DNA of 64,000 bases from the human T2T-CHM13v2.0 reference genome, Homo sapiens. The notes beneath the pieces are model-generated. The model searched no databases. It worked only from the letters and a program-made list of their open reading frames with translations, and was not told the DNA's origin. The stretch is taken from assembly GCF_009914755.1 (NCBI RefSeq), contig NC_060933.1; one strand, given 5' to 3'. Numbering within the stretch: the stretch's first letter is position 1; each line of letters opens with the position of its first letter. A program made the translations under genes and the position numbers. This document shows positions 29,685-45,100 of this stretch, one piece after another.

Positions 29685-31374
29685 TGGACTATCATTCTTA
29701 TTGGCTAGGTGGTGTCACCTGGAGCCAGGGGTGGGGTTCACCTCATATAAATCAGTGAGAGTAGAAGAGGGATGAAGAAATGCAGGATGCTGTGACCAAA
29801 AAGAGGGAATGGATTCTGTGAAGATCAGAAAAGCAACCATTTTGTGCACTATATTATCTCCCCAGTTAAAGTGTAAGTTTCTTGGGAACCAGAACTCTGT
29901 ATTACACTTCTTTCTATCTCATGCGATGACTACCTCAGTTCCTTTTTATTGTGTAGGTGTAGGTATTTATTTTTTAAAAATAAAAATATTTATTAATTTG
30001 AAAAAAAAGAAAGGATTTTCTACCCTTAGAGTTGTCCAAACAGCTTTGCAAAAAGAATAACTCTTTTCTATCCCTTCTGGGCTCAGTCCTTCCTCTCTTA
30101 GATCCAGTGGTGAGGCTGTTCTAATTTAACACAGTGTGGCTTCTAAACAGAGGAGAATATGACTAGAATTCATAGAAAATCAAAAAGAGAAAGATATCCC
30201 TAGACACCCAGAAGATTCATCAGGGCAGGAAACACATCCTTACACGAATGGCTTTGTCTGGGTCATGTATAGACACATAGTTGGCAGGTCAGCTTCCCTT
30301 TTTGGTACCAATGACCGTTGCTTTCTTATCCTACTCTTCAAATAAGTGAAATAACCAATTTAAAATGCATCCCCTTTTCAAAGGGGTATCAGATTTAAGT
30401 TACAATGAGGCCCAAATTTAACTTTAACCAAAATGAAGCATCTCCCAGCTCTACAGTAATGGGAAGCTTTAGAAAGTGTTGGGGATGTGGATTGTCTCCT
30501 AGAAGTTGATAAGGAATCTTAATGGAATCCTGGCAATAAAATAAAAATTGAGCTGAAAGCTGTTTCTCCAATCAAAGTTCGACTGCCACAGTACCATAAT
30601 GTACCTTGACAGCTACGTAGCCACAAGTTATCACTTGCCAATATTCCACAAATATTTGTGGTAGCAATATGACAATAAAAAAGATGAGGTTCATTTCAGT
30701 TTTTTAAAACCAGTAATTCATGAAGCCTAATGTCTCTGGGATCCTTCCTTAAATAACTACTCTTGATTTTGGACTGCAAAGTGCAGATAGCTATGATAAA
30801 TTTCAGTTACGTGAAAAGGCGAAAAGCAGTCAGCTCTCAGACTCCATTGGGACCCTGAGTCACTGGTGAGGAAATGGCCAAGTGGGATCCAGTTACAAGT
30901 AGCTTCTAGATTGGCTGAATCACTGTTGTGGTTCACAGGGCCCCCAATGGTTATTTCTATTATAGAATCATGCCCTGTCTTTTCTTAAGCATTATTTAAA
31001 AATACATATCACACATCACAAGAAAACCAGTCACATATTAACATAATAAAAGGAATAAGCATTTTAGTAGGAGTTAATTTTTTGGAAAACTGTTAATGAG
31101 AAAGCAGGGCCCTGAGAGAGCAGAATTAAGTCCAGGAGAATTTTGATGGGAGAGGGAAAGGACAGGTTCAATATGTAGAAAAGTTCCTTGCACAGGCAAT
31201 GCTAGGGGTTGTGCCTTGTAGGTCAGAGCTCTGGGATGCCAGGGAGGTAACATGAAGACTGTGGTTGCGGGAAGTGGTGGCTGAGGGCACAGGAAATGAC
31301 TAGGCTGAAAGTGGAGAGTTAAGGCCCAGAGAGAAGTGGTGAGAGGGCATTAATGATAAGCTCTGCCTAGATGC

Positions 31375-31540
31375 CAATTTCACCTCAATCAGTGAATTGC
31401 CTGGGGAGCTTGTTAAAATGAAGATTCTGATGCAGTAAGTTTGGGATGAGGCTGGAGTTGCTGCATTTCTAACTAGCTTTCAGATACTAACTGCAACATA
31501 GATGTTGCTGGAACATGGACTATTCTGCAAACATCAAGGA
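31375..31540 (+). mobile_element. MER5A-type hAT MITE
   Basis: cctggggagcttgttaaaatgaagattctgatgcagta...ctgcatttctaac. Confidence 0.7.
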
Positions 31541-33046
31541 CCTACTCTTTCATCATCGTTCCCAGACTAGTCTGAAGCAGCAGTTGGATTCCAGAGACCT
31601 GGTCCTAGTCCTGACTCTGCCACTTGCTAGTTTATTACCAAGGAAAATTGACTTGTCTTGGGCCTTCATCTGTGGCCGCTTTCCTGAAGATTGCTTCCCT
31701 TCAGGCTAGGGCAGGGCCAGTGCTGGGCACGTGGGCCTTCTCAGGTAAAGCTCCTGAGATACGTGAATGCCCTGAGTGGAGTGGAACTGCTGGGGACTGC
31801 AGCAGTAGCTCATCTCATCCTTTTTCACACTGTCAGCAGAGCCTAGTTTGTCTGCTATTTCTATTGAGCTGGAAGCCATTGCTACCCTGACATCTTATTC
31901 TTTCTCTCAACCATAAATTCGCCTGAAGAAGAGAATACACAAGAAGATCTGGGAGGTAAAGGGACTCTAAACTTCATGTCAGAGAGAGACTGTAATGTGT
32001 TGATGTTCTTGCAAAATTAAAAGTGGCATTTCATAATACTTACACATCATGTATAATTTTGCAAATATGAGAGAACAAGGCTTTTTCTCTAAGCTATAGT
32101 TAAAAGTCCATAAAATTTTTTAAGTGGCATGTTTCTAAAGTTGTTGAGAAAGACAAAACCCTTATGTTCCATGAAATTATTTATTTATTTCTATTCTTTC
32201 TTAAAAAAGAATTTGAGGTGGCAGATCCTGCTGTCCATTGGGGAGATTATTGATGCTGACCATGGAGAAACCAGTTTCCTGATGCTGCACAATTCTAGGA
32301 ATTGGAGGTGTGGATGTCTGTTATTATCTTGATTCCATCGAGCAGGAGGGAGAGGACTACTCACCCTCATGTCTTCCTGTTTTTCAGGAACCATTCTTTC
32401 CCTTTTCTCAGGAAGACTAGACAGAACAGACCCATCACTGCACTGTCTGCCTTTGTATTCAACTTCATTGAATTACAGGCTCTGATAATCTGCCATGGCA
32501 GTGTGATTTCTCATGATTGCTTCTCATAAATTCTGATGAGAAGAATGCAGGCATGGGAATCATTGTCTTCTATCTTATTTCCTTTCTACAGGAAATCTCT
32601 AAGATAAACTCCATTTCCTCATGGCAAGAGGAGGCATTCCATGGGTTTAGAGATATATTCACTGGGAAGGAAAACGTTGCCTTGGGACACTTTATCCTCT
32701 GGCCATATTCCCTGTGTGTTTGACTATTTCAGCACCATTGTATTCTCAAGTGATGTAAAGCCAACATTTACTTCCTCCACCATCTGCTATGCTAATGGCC
32801 CCACTGACTCTTTGAACAAAGCTACTACCAACTTGAGACTATGCAGGTCACAAGTAATCTAGGTCACATAATTAAATACACACTATTTCACACCATCTCC
32901 TGGGATCTCACACAGTGTAAAGTATTACTTAACACAACGTGGGTATATTCATCTGTCATTTTCAGAAACTAACATATACTGCGTCAGTAGCTAAATTACT
33001 TCTCTTCAGTGAGAATTTTTCTTTGGATCCAAGAGGTTGACACTCA

Positions 33047-33193
<147 letters not shown>

Positions 33194-34459
33194 CTATGAG
33201 GGAGAAAAAGAAATGGCTTAAATAAAAATTATTCTTAGAAGTGTTTTTTAACATTTTTTTCATAATTCTTTGAAACTTAATAATAATTCGGAACTTTTCT
33301 AACCCCCACAGGCAGAAACATGTACATAGAAATGTGCAGACATGGCTACATGCTTTTTACATCAGAAATTGCTCTATCTTTAGAAGCAAACAGATGGAAA
33401 CGACAAACAAAAAATACAAAACAATTTTTTTTGCTTTATATTGGAACCTATTAGAATTCTTTAGAAGCCATGCAAATTGGCATGTAGAATTAGTCTCATT
33501 ATTGTAAACTGCATATTAGACAAAGTGTACATTCATAATAAAGATTATGATACTCCTTGGTTAGAATAACATAAAGGCCAAGTTAAAACCTTACATCCTG
33601 AGATTACAATAAACCTGCGCTAATGCTGTGACTACATCACTTTTGTGTTTAGCCACCTTTAGGCTATATTACATTTTGTTTATTGAATTTATTTTTAGTG
33701 TTTTCATAAAATGTTCTCATCTAGGAGGGAGATAATACAGAGTATTTTTTTTAATAATTAGGTTTTTAAGTTGTTTACCCTAAAAATGATTAAGAACTCA
33801 CTGAATATGGTGACAAATAACATATATTTGAAGATGAATTAGTTTTGACACACAGTAAAGGTGTAACAATAAGGTAATAGTTAAATAAATTATATGGTAT
33901 ATTCTTATAGAGTGTAATGCAACATATAAATCATGTTTGTAAAGTATGTTTCATAAAACAAGGCAAATGCTCATATGGCAAGTGGAAAAAAGCTTTCATA
34001 TGGTATGATCAAAACAAAACATGTATACATTTATTTAAATGCCATGATTTCCCATATATATTATACACACACACACATACGCACATGCACACACACCTTG
34101 GAAGAAAACACATTGGTGTTGAATTTACAGATGTATTTTTTATTTACAGATTATCTGCAGAAACACTTACCATGTTTACAAGTATAAAAAATATTTTAAA
34201 ATCAGCAAAATCGTTCATTTATTCAACACTTATTGAAGGCCTACTCTGTAGAGTTCTCAAAGTTACTAGGGTGACAAAGATAAATACCTGCAACCACTGC
34301 CATATAGGAACTCTTAAAACCTGTTGTTCATTGTATTTCTTTGGTATTCCACTGTTAAGTAAGTAATATAGCTTGCTCTAAGTTTAATGTAATTGTTCCA
34401 TGCACTGAACAAATTCTAATGTTTTATGCCAGCATAACCTTAATGCCACATCAACAATA

Positions 34460-34720
34460 ATAACAATACTTAACATTTATTAAACACTTATTATGCGCCA
34501 AACAAGATACTTAGAGCTTTACATACATTATCGTGCTGAATCCTCATAATAGCTTCGTGAAGAGGGCACTGTTGTTACTTCCTCTTAGGGATGAGTAAAC
34601 TGAAGCTCAGAGAAGTGAAGTAATGGGCATAAGGTCATGCAGTTGTAAGTAGTAGGGACTGGCTCAGAACCCATGTCTATCTTATTTCAAAGCATGTGCT
34701 ATTATCTACTACATCATCTT
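34460..34720 (-). mobile_element. MIR
   Basis: taacatttattaaacacttattatgcgcca, gatgagtaaactgaagctcagagaagtgaagtaa. Confidence 0.75.
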
Positions 34721-34904
34721 GCATTCTAGCTCATGACAACAACTGAAGCGATGATGTTTATTAGGAGGAACTCACCAGGCTTTTAAAAATATTATCCTTA
34801 TGCCTTGAACCCCCGGGGCTGTTCTCATAGTAGCAAATTGCAGTCGTATGGCTTGCGCAAGGCACATTTATCAGCATTGTCTGTCCAACATCTATTAATT
34901 TTTC

Positions 34905-35185
34905 AAGACCTAGGTCAAATTTTTCTATGTAAAGTCTTTTGTCTTGTGTAGCTTCACCCTCCTACCCAGAACAACAACAATGAAAAAACTACTTATTTAT
35001 CTGTGCTGATATAGTATCTTGTACATATAAAATATGTAGGCAAAGACCTAGGTGAAAATTTTCTATGTGAAGCCTTTGGTCTTGTCTAGCTTCACCCTCC
35101 TACCCAAAACAACAACAATAGAGAAACATAACTACTTATTTATCTGTGCTGATATAGTAGCTTGTACATATAAAATATGTAGGCA
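34905..35185. repeat. Tandem duplication of a ~140-bp unit (34905-35042 and 35043-35185)
   Basis: Both copies run aagacctaggt...cttgtacatataaaatatgtaggca; about 8 substitutions plus one indel. Confidence 0.95.
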
Positions 35186-36629
35186 AATATTTATTTAAGT
35201 AATCTTTGACCTTTCCGTGCATTATCTCCTTTGATCCTACCAAGAAATGTGAGGTAGATATGTCTATCATCTTTTTACATAAAGAAACTGAAGATTAGAA
35301 AGTGTGTCATTTGTCCAAGGTCACAGAGCTAGTAATTGTACCTGGGATTGGAATTCAGCCTGATCAAAGACATTCAGCTTTTGACAACTGTGTAACATTG
35401 CTTCTGATACTATATCATACTGACTCCCTCTGTCTGGATTTGCTACTTGTATGCCAGACGGTAAGCTAAGGGCTTTTAAAATTTTCACAATAATCTTACA
35501 AGATAGATGTTATTTTCTTATTTTGCAGATTAAAACACTGAGGCTTGGATAGTTAAAGTAACACCAACTTCTCACAACTAGGAATTAACAAGCTTCAGCC
35601 CATCCTATTTTCTGTAACTTGCAGACCAACTTTCATTTGTTTGTGTAATACAGTTACCTATCACGACCTTTGGCACCTTGCAGGTAGTCTATATCTGTTT
35701 GTCAAGTTAATTCATTTTATCTAGTCTATTTTTCTATCCTGCTTTATCCATTTAACTTATATGCATTCTTCTGCTCTCAGTTCAGTAATTACTTCCCTAA
35801 CTTATTGTGTAGGCCAGATTCTTTTTTCGTAAGCCCTTACAGTACATATACCTATCTTTTGTAGAATCTATCACAGTTGCAGTTTTAAATTTAATTATGT
35901 AATCATGTGATTAGCGTCTAGACTCTCAGTTTCTTCACTAACTGGAAGCTCCATGTAAACAAGAATAATGTTAATTTTAATTTATCCTTGTATTTCTAAT
36001 GCCTTTCATTTTGTAGTTGCTCAAGAAAATACTTGATGAGTAATTAATTGATAACTGTTCTTTGAACTTAGAGGAAGGTGACAGCTTTGTCATCTCACTT
36101 AGCACAAACTAAGCTAACAGTATAGCTTACAACTCAAGCTTTCTAAACAAACCCTCTCTTTAAGGTAAAAGGGCTGTAGAATCATTAATTAAAATACCTT
36201 TCTCTCATATAGAAACAGAATTCCTTCCAGAAATACATTCTTTACATTATGTTGTGATAATACTTTTATGGTCTATGACCAGGATTTTTAGGGAAATCCT
36301 GCTTTTCTGGGTCTCATTTTCTTTTCTGAATGCACCAGCACATCGTTCCTTTCCAAAGCATGGAAGGAATCAGGGAACCAGCAGACCCAGGCTCAGAATT
36401 CTGCTGGAGGACTGTCTCTTTGTGTTTTTCCTTTGCATGACTTTCTGTTGTATTTGCTCATCAGCTCCCATATCTGTCTTATTGGCTCTGTGAAGGCAAA
36501 GGTTCTGAGGTTCTGAGAATTGAAAGTTCCTTCAAGGATTAGCAAATAAGCAGACTCCAGGAGAGAAAGCATCTTATTAGCCTGACAGGGACCTCACTCT
36601 AACATGGAGATGTTTTGCAAACACTGCCA

Positions 36630-37285
36630 CTGCTCTTATTTGAGTCACCATCATTTCTGTCATCCACATATTCCCTTTCTTCCTTTCTGATCCACTCAGA
36701 GAAATTTTAGAATTCAGATCTGATCATGTCCCTCACTTGCTTAATGCCCATCAATGGCTCCCCCATGGCCCTTGGGATGAAGTCCAAACTCCTCACATGG
36801 CCTCTAAGGTTCAGCATGTTTGGCTCCTGCCTTCCTTTTCCTAGCCTTGTCGTCCTGCTCTCCCCCTGGCCTTCCAAGCTTTGGCCAGTTCTCTCATTTC
36901 CAAAACAAACATTTTGCTTGGTCAGAGCTCTTGCATATAGTCTTCAGTCGGCCTGGGACACTTTTTCCTCATCCCTACTTCTTTGTCTAGCTAACTCTTA
37001 AATGTCACTTCCTGAGGAAAACCTTCACTGACCCCTAGACCTGTAACACCCTCCCATTATACCTACAGTTTCACATAGCACTGACAACACTTGGGATTAT
37101 TTTTATAATTTGCCTTCCCTGCTAGATTGTAAGTTTCCCCGAGGATGGTGCCCATAGTGATCTCATTCATGTGGTTGTAAGTCTTCAACAAATGTTAGCT
37201 GCTATTATTATTATCATTGTTATGCAACAAGCACAGGGCTTAGCACATAGTATATGCTTGATAAATAATGACATAATAAATGAAT
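36630..37285 (+). mobile_element. L2
   Basis: atctgatcatgtccctc, caatggctcccc, aagtccaaactcctcacatggcc, aaatgtcacttcctgaggaaaccttc, ctagattgtaag. Confidence 0.75.
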
Positions 37286-38281
37286 TGTCATCATTATTAA
37301 GAGAATGAATGAAATTCTCTTAGGTTAGATACATTAAAAATTTGGTGGTTTTTATCACACCTCCTGCTGTCTTTTTTCTCCTTAAAACTAATTTTTTCCT
37401 TTGTTACTTTAATTCATTCAAAATGATATATTCTTCTTTCTTTCTCTGTGTGAGATTATATTGAAAAATAACCATGGGCTACTCAGCAGTCACAGAATAA
37501 TAGAATCAGAAAAGGGATCTAAGAAGCTATTGATGCAACCCAGTGGGCCAGGATGGTCTACCCTGTGTGTAATTCAGACAGCCAGGGATGTCAGAAAGCC
37601 TGCATCAAGGAAAAAGGATAAAAGTGTACAAACAGCTTAAGCATTTGAGCTGCATTACAACCATCACCAAGAAGTCCCAGTGAGAGAAGCATTTCTTTAA
37701 AGTTTCAGCTAAATACCTCACCAGCTCTTCCGATTCTGTTTATATTTGCATCAACCTTTTTAGGCCTTGGGGAAATATCTAAGGTTAAACTGTCTATTTG
37801 TATGTGAATTGTTCAGTATTAATGGAATACTGACCTCTACACAGAGTACCTACATGGAGAATAATCAGACATTCCCGAGAAAGCAGAGAAATGGCTCAAA
37901 ACAAAATGAGGCGAACTCGGGAAATAATCAAGTTGCTATATCCAAGGTAGATGTAATGTTGCAGATTAAAAAATAATCCCAGTGCTGAGTATACTCATTT
38001 AAGGTCTTCATCTGTACCCATCTGAGATTAGTACTTAATTCATCAGTGAAATGTAGTCACTGGACCTGGTATTATGTTCTTTGGAGTTGGGTGGAAAGGG
38101 CTATTCCTAACTTGCCTAGTGGAATAGGATATAGTATGTATTGAATTCCCAGCTCCCTTCTACTGCATTACTTTATCCACTTATAACCTGTGGATGCTAT
38201 AGTATCAAGTGGTCTCAGGGATGGAAGGGGCTTTGCAAGTCTAATCATCCACTAATGTCTGAGTCATCAGTGGACGATTAG

Positions 38282-38605
38282 CAGGGGTCCCAAACCCCTG
38301 GGCCATGGACAGGTAATGGTCCGTGGTCTGGTGGAACCAGGTGACACAGCCATGGGCAAGTGAGCATTATGGCCTGAGCTCTGCCTCCTGTAAGGTCAGC
38401 AGCGGCATGATATTCTCATAGGAGCATGAACCCTATTGTGAACTGCAAATGTGAGAGATCTAGGTTGCACATCCCTTACGAGAATCTAATGATAAATGTA
38501 ATATACTTGGATTATCTCCAAACCATTACCACCCACCCCCAACCCATCCATGAAAAAATTGTCCACAAAATCGGTCCCTGGTGCCAAAAAGGTTGGGGAC
38601 TGCTG
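38282..38605 (+). mobile_element. MER1B (hAT-Charlie MITE), followed by a MER5-type fragment to ~38755
   Basis: Terminal repeats caggggtcccaaacccc / aaaaaggttggggactgctg; internal aggagcatgaaccctattgtgaactgc. Confidence 0.85.
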
Positions 38606-38843
38606 CTTTATAGCAAGGTTAAATGTACTGACTAAGGTTTCTTCAAAATGTAGATTCCAATTCAGTAGGTCTAGGTGGAAGCTTAAGACTCTGCACCAAC
38701 AAACTGCTAATTGATGCAAATGTCATGGTTTATGGACCAGGCTTTGAGTAGCAAGATTTTACTTATAATATTCCTATGAAGTGCCTGTTACGCTGTTACG
38801 TCTCTGCTTGATCGTCTCCAGTGACAAGAAAATTACTCCTCCT

Positions 38844-39316
<473 letters not shown>

Positions 39317-39576
39317 TTATTATTACATATGAGGAGCTGTGATTCGGGGAGATTAAACACCTTGTCTAAGATGATCAGAAAGTGATAAAGTTGGATTTAA
39401 AACCAACCCTGACTTGAAGTTCTTAACATACCCTTATCTAGCACTACATTCTGCATTTATAGACTTGTATTATTGTCCAAGTCTTGTGAAAATCCAACTA
39501 ATATATACCTATCCAACTAATAAATACCAATTAATATATACCTATTTGTGCTGCAACTTCAGAATCAATTTATTAT

Positions 39577-39705
39577 AGTTGTGATCATATAATTTATAGT
39601 GCAAACTGGGACAGTTCTCTAAAAGGGGGACACTATTGATGATCACACAAGGACAAAAGACACACTCGGACTATCCTGGAAAACAAGTATGTATGTTTAC
39701 CCTAG
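39577..39705 (+). mobile_element. MER94 MITE
   Basis: gtgatcatataatttatagtgcaaactgggaca...ggactatcctggaaaac...gtatgtttacccta. Confidence 0.65.
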
Positions 39706-40039
39706 TTATTACTCATGCTCTGAATATTAGAATACAGAAAAACAATGCCAAAAAGAATGTTGCTGAGGTCCACCCTGTATTTTTTCTAATGTGAATTACT
39801 AAGTACATCTTATGCTGCAGTTCTTTTTCATGTTATTCCTATTTTCTTCCACAGAAGCTGCTTCCTCCATTTAAATTTAAGCAGTTTGCTGCCTCTCCCT
39901 TCTTCTTTCTGAAGCCGTCTACGTTAGGTCAGCTAATCTCTAGTCAACAACATTCTTTGACATCATGTTTGATTTATATGAGCCTTAGCCTAGGTTCTTC
40001 TGACAACTTGAGTCATTGCATCAAGTCTCTTGTAGGGAC

Positions 40040-40262
40040 TAGAGGTCAGCAAATTACGGTCTATGGGCCAAATCTAGCCTGCTACCAGTTTTTGTCAATC
40101 AAGTTTTATGGGAACACAGCCATGCCCATTCATTTATGTATTGTCTATGGCTGTTTTTGCACTACAACAGTAGAGGTGAGTAAGTACAAAAGAAAACATA
40201 TGGCCCACAAAACCTAAAATCTTTACCACCTGGCCCAAACAGGAAATGTTTGCTGTCCCCTG
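40040..40262 (+). mobile_element. MER58A (hAT-Charlie MITE)
   Basis: ggtcagcaaattacgg...aagttttatgggaacacagccatgcccattcattt...tggcccacaaaacctaaaat...gtttgctgtcccctg. Confidence 0.85.
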
Positions 40263-40675
40263 ATATAGACAATTTGAATCTAACTAGCTTCTTGACTCCC
40301 ATATTTCAAATTTTTCTCTCTATTCTAAAATCCTAAAGAAAGAGTCATCTTTGCAGGTAAATAAACAGAGGTAAGGTTTAATAAATGTCAGCAGGCTTCC
40401 TGGCACTGTCCAGATTTAGGCTGTAGTGTGATGACACACCTTATTTCTAGCTGCATTGGAGTATCAGTCTCCCTACTGGAGGTCTTGACTACTGCAGCTC
40501 TTTGCTTCTTTTTAGGACTAGAAATAGGAAGACTCTGGTCACAAAATTTCAAACTGAAGCAACAGTATGACATTTGGACTGATTTTAGATTCTATCCCAG
40601 GGACAGATGCTTTTGGAGCAGACCCCGTAAGGCTGAGGTTATAAAAATTGGCCAGTGGCCCACCTACTCACTTTA

Positions 40676-40966
40676 TTTATTTGTTTGTTTATTTATTTTT
40701 GAGATGGAGTCTCACTCTGTCGCCCAGGCTGGAGTGCACGATCTCAGCTCAGTGCAACCTCCATCTCCTGGATTATCATGCCCCAGCCTCCCAAGTAGCT
40801 GGGATTATAGGCATGCACTACCATGCCCAGCTATTTTTGTGTGTGTGTGTTTTTAGAAGAGAAGAGGTTTCACCATGTTGGCCAGGCTGGTCTTGAACTC
40901 CTGACCTCAAATGATCTGCCTGCTTCGGCCTCCCAAAGTATTGGGATTACAGGCGTGAGCCACCGC
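40676..40966 (-). mobile_element. AluS with small internal deletions
   Basis: caccatgttggccaggctggtcttgaactcctgacctca; TSD actcacttta at 40666-40675 and 40967-40976. Confidence 0.9.
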
Positions 40967-41114
40967 ACTCACTTTAGCTGAGTTTTGTTCATTCCAACTT
41001 CTTCTTTGCCACTTTCCTCCATTCCACATCCTTTTCGTCCAGACTTTGTGTATCTGCCATATCATTAAAGTGGAGATATTTATTTTCTCTATATTATGTC
41101 TTCTATTATTTTAA

Positions 41115-41360
41115 TAATGATAATAGCTAATCTTTATTAGGTGCCTCCTTCATTCCAGGCACTGTGCCAGGATCTTAAATTCATTGCTTTGTTGAATGCT
41201 CACGGCATCCTTTGTGGTACATACAGTTGTTTTCCCCGTTTTAAAAATGGAGGAACTGAAACTTGGAGCTATTAAGCAACTTGCTCAAGGCCACAAAACT
41301 GGAATATGGCAGATCAAGGACATGAATCCAGAAACCTGAGAACTTGCACTATTAATCTCT
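41115..41360 (-). mobile_element. MIR
   Basis: aatagctaatctttattagg, ccaggcactgtgcc, gaggaactgaaac, aagcaacttgctcaaggccaca. Confidence 0.7.
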
Positions 41361-41750
41361 AGTTTACTTACCTCTAGTATATATTGTTATCTCGAGTATA
41401 TTATTCTAAATTTTTCTCTAATATATAACTGCCTCCAGGAAAGGTTTTTCTTCTTAGAGAAGCTGTAGATAAGATAGGCATTACTCAAACCTAATGATAA
41501 TTTAATCCAAAAAACTAGTGCCAGTTTATAGAATTAAAAGACAAATAGCCCGTAACCTTTGGGTTTATAAACAATATGCTTATCACAGTTATAGCAACGG
41601 CAGCAACAACAGCACCATTTGAACAGTGTTGTTTACAAAATGCATCCATGCATATTATTTCATTCACAAGTCACACTCGGATGGCTTCTGTGTCCTATTC
41701 ATTCATAAAAGGTGAAAAAACAAGCTAAATATATCGGCTACATTTTCTAA

Positions 41751-42148
<398 letters not shown>

Positions 42149-45100
42149 CACTGGACATTTTAACATTTCTTTTTTCCACTCAGTTTACAGGTGGGAGCTA
42201 GGGCATAAACTAGAAGAGAGATGTCAAAGTTGGGAGGCTGTAAAAATATGGAGCATGGGCTAGAGAAAACAATGGTTAACTGGAGGAGATGTTACAGATC
42301 TTTTAGTCCATCCTTTTATTTTTATAGATAACAATACAGGTAGTTTCCATCTATTAAATATTTCCCATTTATTAAGTACTTCCCATATTTCAAGCATTTT
42401 GCTAACACCTTAACGTGAATTATATGATTTAAACCTCTAACAACAATACTAAATAAGCAATATTTGTTACAATCTCCAAATTTCACATGAGAAACTGAGG
42501 CTTGAATTTAACTAATGTGTCCCAGATAACTCAGGAAATAGGCATAAAGGAGAGTTCTGAACCAAATCTAATTCCAGAGCCTTTGTATCCAAACATTATA
42601 CTGTACTACTTCCTGATCTAGGCAGGAAGGTGATTTAGGCCCATAATAAGTGTGAAGAAGGGACTTGCTCCAGGTCACAAAAAGTGATGTAAGAGTGAGC
42701 TTGAAAAATCCTAACTCAGGGCTAAATACAATCTGTCCCCTCCCCACCTGAATATGGCTAATAAAAATAATTGCTCCTTGTTTCTCTCTGGTATCCTATG
42801 TTCAACATGCACCCCATCTACTATTTATAAAATAAGTTTCTAGTCTTTATTTTCTTTTCTAAGGAATAATTTTCTGAATTATATTTGCTCAGCCACATCT
42901 GTGAAATAGCACTGCAGTACTCATTTCCTGAGCCTCTGGATGTACCTCGGTATTTTTCTGTCTCATTTATTGTAATGAAAGTGTAGAGCCTATCATCATG
43001 GTCTCCAACTGAAGTATCTGTCTACTTTTAGATACTATGGAGACCAAGCCAACAAATTATAGAATTTCAACAAAGGAATCATTGCTATTCTGCTGCAAAG
43101 GTTCTATCTCTTTGTTTCTTTTCTTTCCCTTTCTTTTCATGCAAGTCATTTTGTTTTGCCTCTTCTATGACCCTGGCCTCCATGTCTTCTCATTTTATTC
43201 ATCTGGAGCAATCTATCCTTTTTAGTTCACTGAGGCTCTTCCAATTGTCTTATTGAAAATCCTCTTCAAATCCTATTTTATGTTAAGTAATCTTGTGGAG
43301 TTAAGTCTGTTTCTCCCTTATGTGTAAGACAAATTATTTCACCACTGGTGCTGCCAACACTATTGGTGTTTCCACACAAAGCATGGGATATTAATAACCA
43401 TAATGGTGATGATGATCATGATGTAGCTCACCATGTGCCAGGCACTGTTGAATGGTTTATATGTATGAACTTTTAAAATCCTTAGAATAGCTAACCAACT
43501 TCTATAAGTTTATGGAAACAGTAAATGACAAAACTGGGCAGAGCTGGTTCTATCGTATACGACCTGGATTACTATAGTACACAGTAAACAAGTTTTTGGC
43601 ATTACTAGCTATCCCCTTAATTGCTTGGCGTTAGACTCAGTTCCCTTATCTGCAAAATGGCTAATTGAAAGAGTTCAGCCATTGTACATGTAGCCAACAA
43701 CCCACTGTAGGAGTTTAACTAGCCCATAACAATCTGTTAATACTAGTAGCTATCATTGATTGTGCTGGTTTATGCGCTTGGCCCTCCACATTCGTCATCT
43801 CATTTCAGCCTTCCTATGCCCTACGAGGTAGGCTCTGTTAATAACTGCAGTTCATGCATGAGTGAAATGAAGCTTAGAGACATGAGATAACTTTCTCCAG
43901 GCTCTTCAGCCTATGTTGTTGGAGTCAGTTGTTATGCATACTTACAAGCTGATTCTAGAACCCAACTACCAGGTACGATACTGTCTTACATGAGACTTTT
44001 AAAGGTAAGTATGATCATAATATAATTACCTTAGATCCATTATTCACCTTAAGATGTGATTTCACTGTAATTGTCAGGACTGGGGCTGAACTAGGTCAGC
44101 TGAGGCCAGAACTGATGCTATAGGGCTTCTTACAGAAAAAAAAAAAGGAGGATGCCTTTAAGCCTATGGCATCAGAATAACCCCGGCTTTTTGTTTATAT
44201 AATTGACTTGCTATACAGCCAAACTTCAAGGTGAAAAATGACCTGTGGACTGTGGAACTCAAACTTCTCTCTTGAATCATTGCCCATCACCAGCTGTGTA
44301 CTATACCCTGCAGACTGAGCAGGCAGTAAGGTCCTTGCCAAACCTAGAGTCAGCAATTTTGGGCTGATGAAATGCAAATGAATAAAAACAGCTATAAATT
44401 TACCTCCAGTCTAGTGATATAAGCCTTTTGGCACAGCTACTCAAATCCTCATGGCATAGGAACTTTTAAAATGCCAGTTTTTACTTAATTAGATAACTCA
44501 GAAGGATTAAATATTAAAGCATGTCCAATCTGGCCTTCATTCAAGATGGGCTGGGTACAAAAATATCAGTAGAAGGTTTAACCTAAAGGTAAGAAGTTAT
44601 ACAGCATAGACCCCAGGAAACCAGCCTCACAGGCTCCTAAAAGCAAATCATCAGACAAACAGAAAGATAAACTACTGAATAACAATAAAAAGAAAAATCC
44701 TTTCCTCTTGCTTTATTTTTCTCTTAGGCTAGCTCTTGGGGTTATCTCATAATTTTGTTTGTCATGGCTAAATAGTCAATTTGTCTTTGTTCTGGAATGC
44801 TCAGAGAATCAGTGAGTGAGCCATTATTATGGAGGAACCCTCAAAGATTCAGGCATATATTCTGAATAACTACATTTAGGAATAGTGGATGCCTCCCTTC
44901 TCCCCCGCCTCCTTCAGTATACATATACCATATATACTATATAGTGTATAGTATAAAGCCTGTAGCTTTCTACCCAGCATTTACACTTGAGACAATCTCC
45001 CAGTTTATGACTAATCTAGTGTTTGCTTATCTTTCTTTTCTGTTCAGCACATTTGCTTCTGCTGCATGAATCACAAGAGCAGCACAACTAAAGTAGCATT

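Noticed and set aside
32728-32745. REST/NRSE-like TTCAGCACC
   Set aside because: Left half only; the GGACAG right half is absent.
33917-34366. 149-aa + strand ORF
   Set aside because: AT-rich, spans a CA-type simple repeat, antisense to GRIN3A, no recognisable homology.
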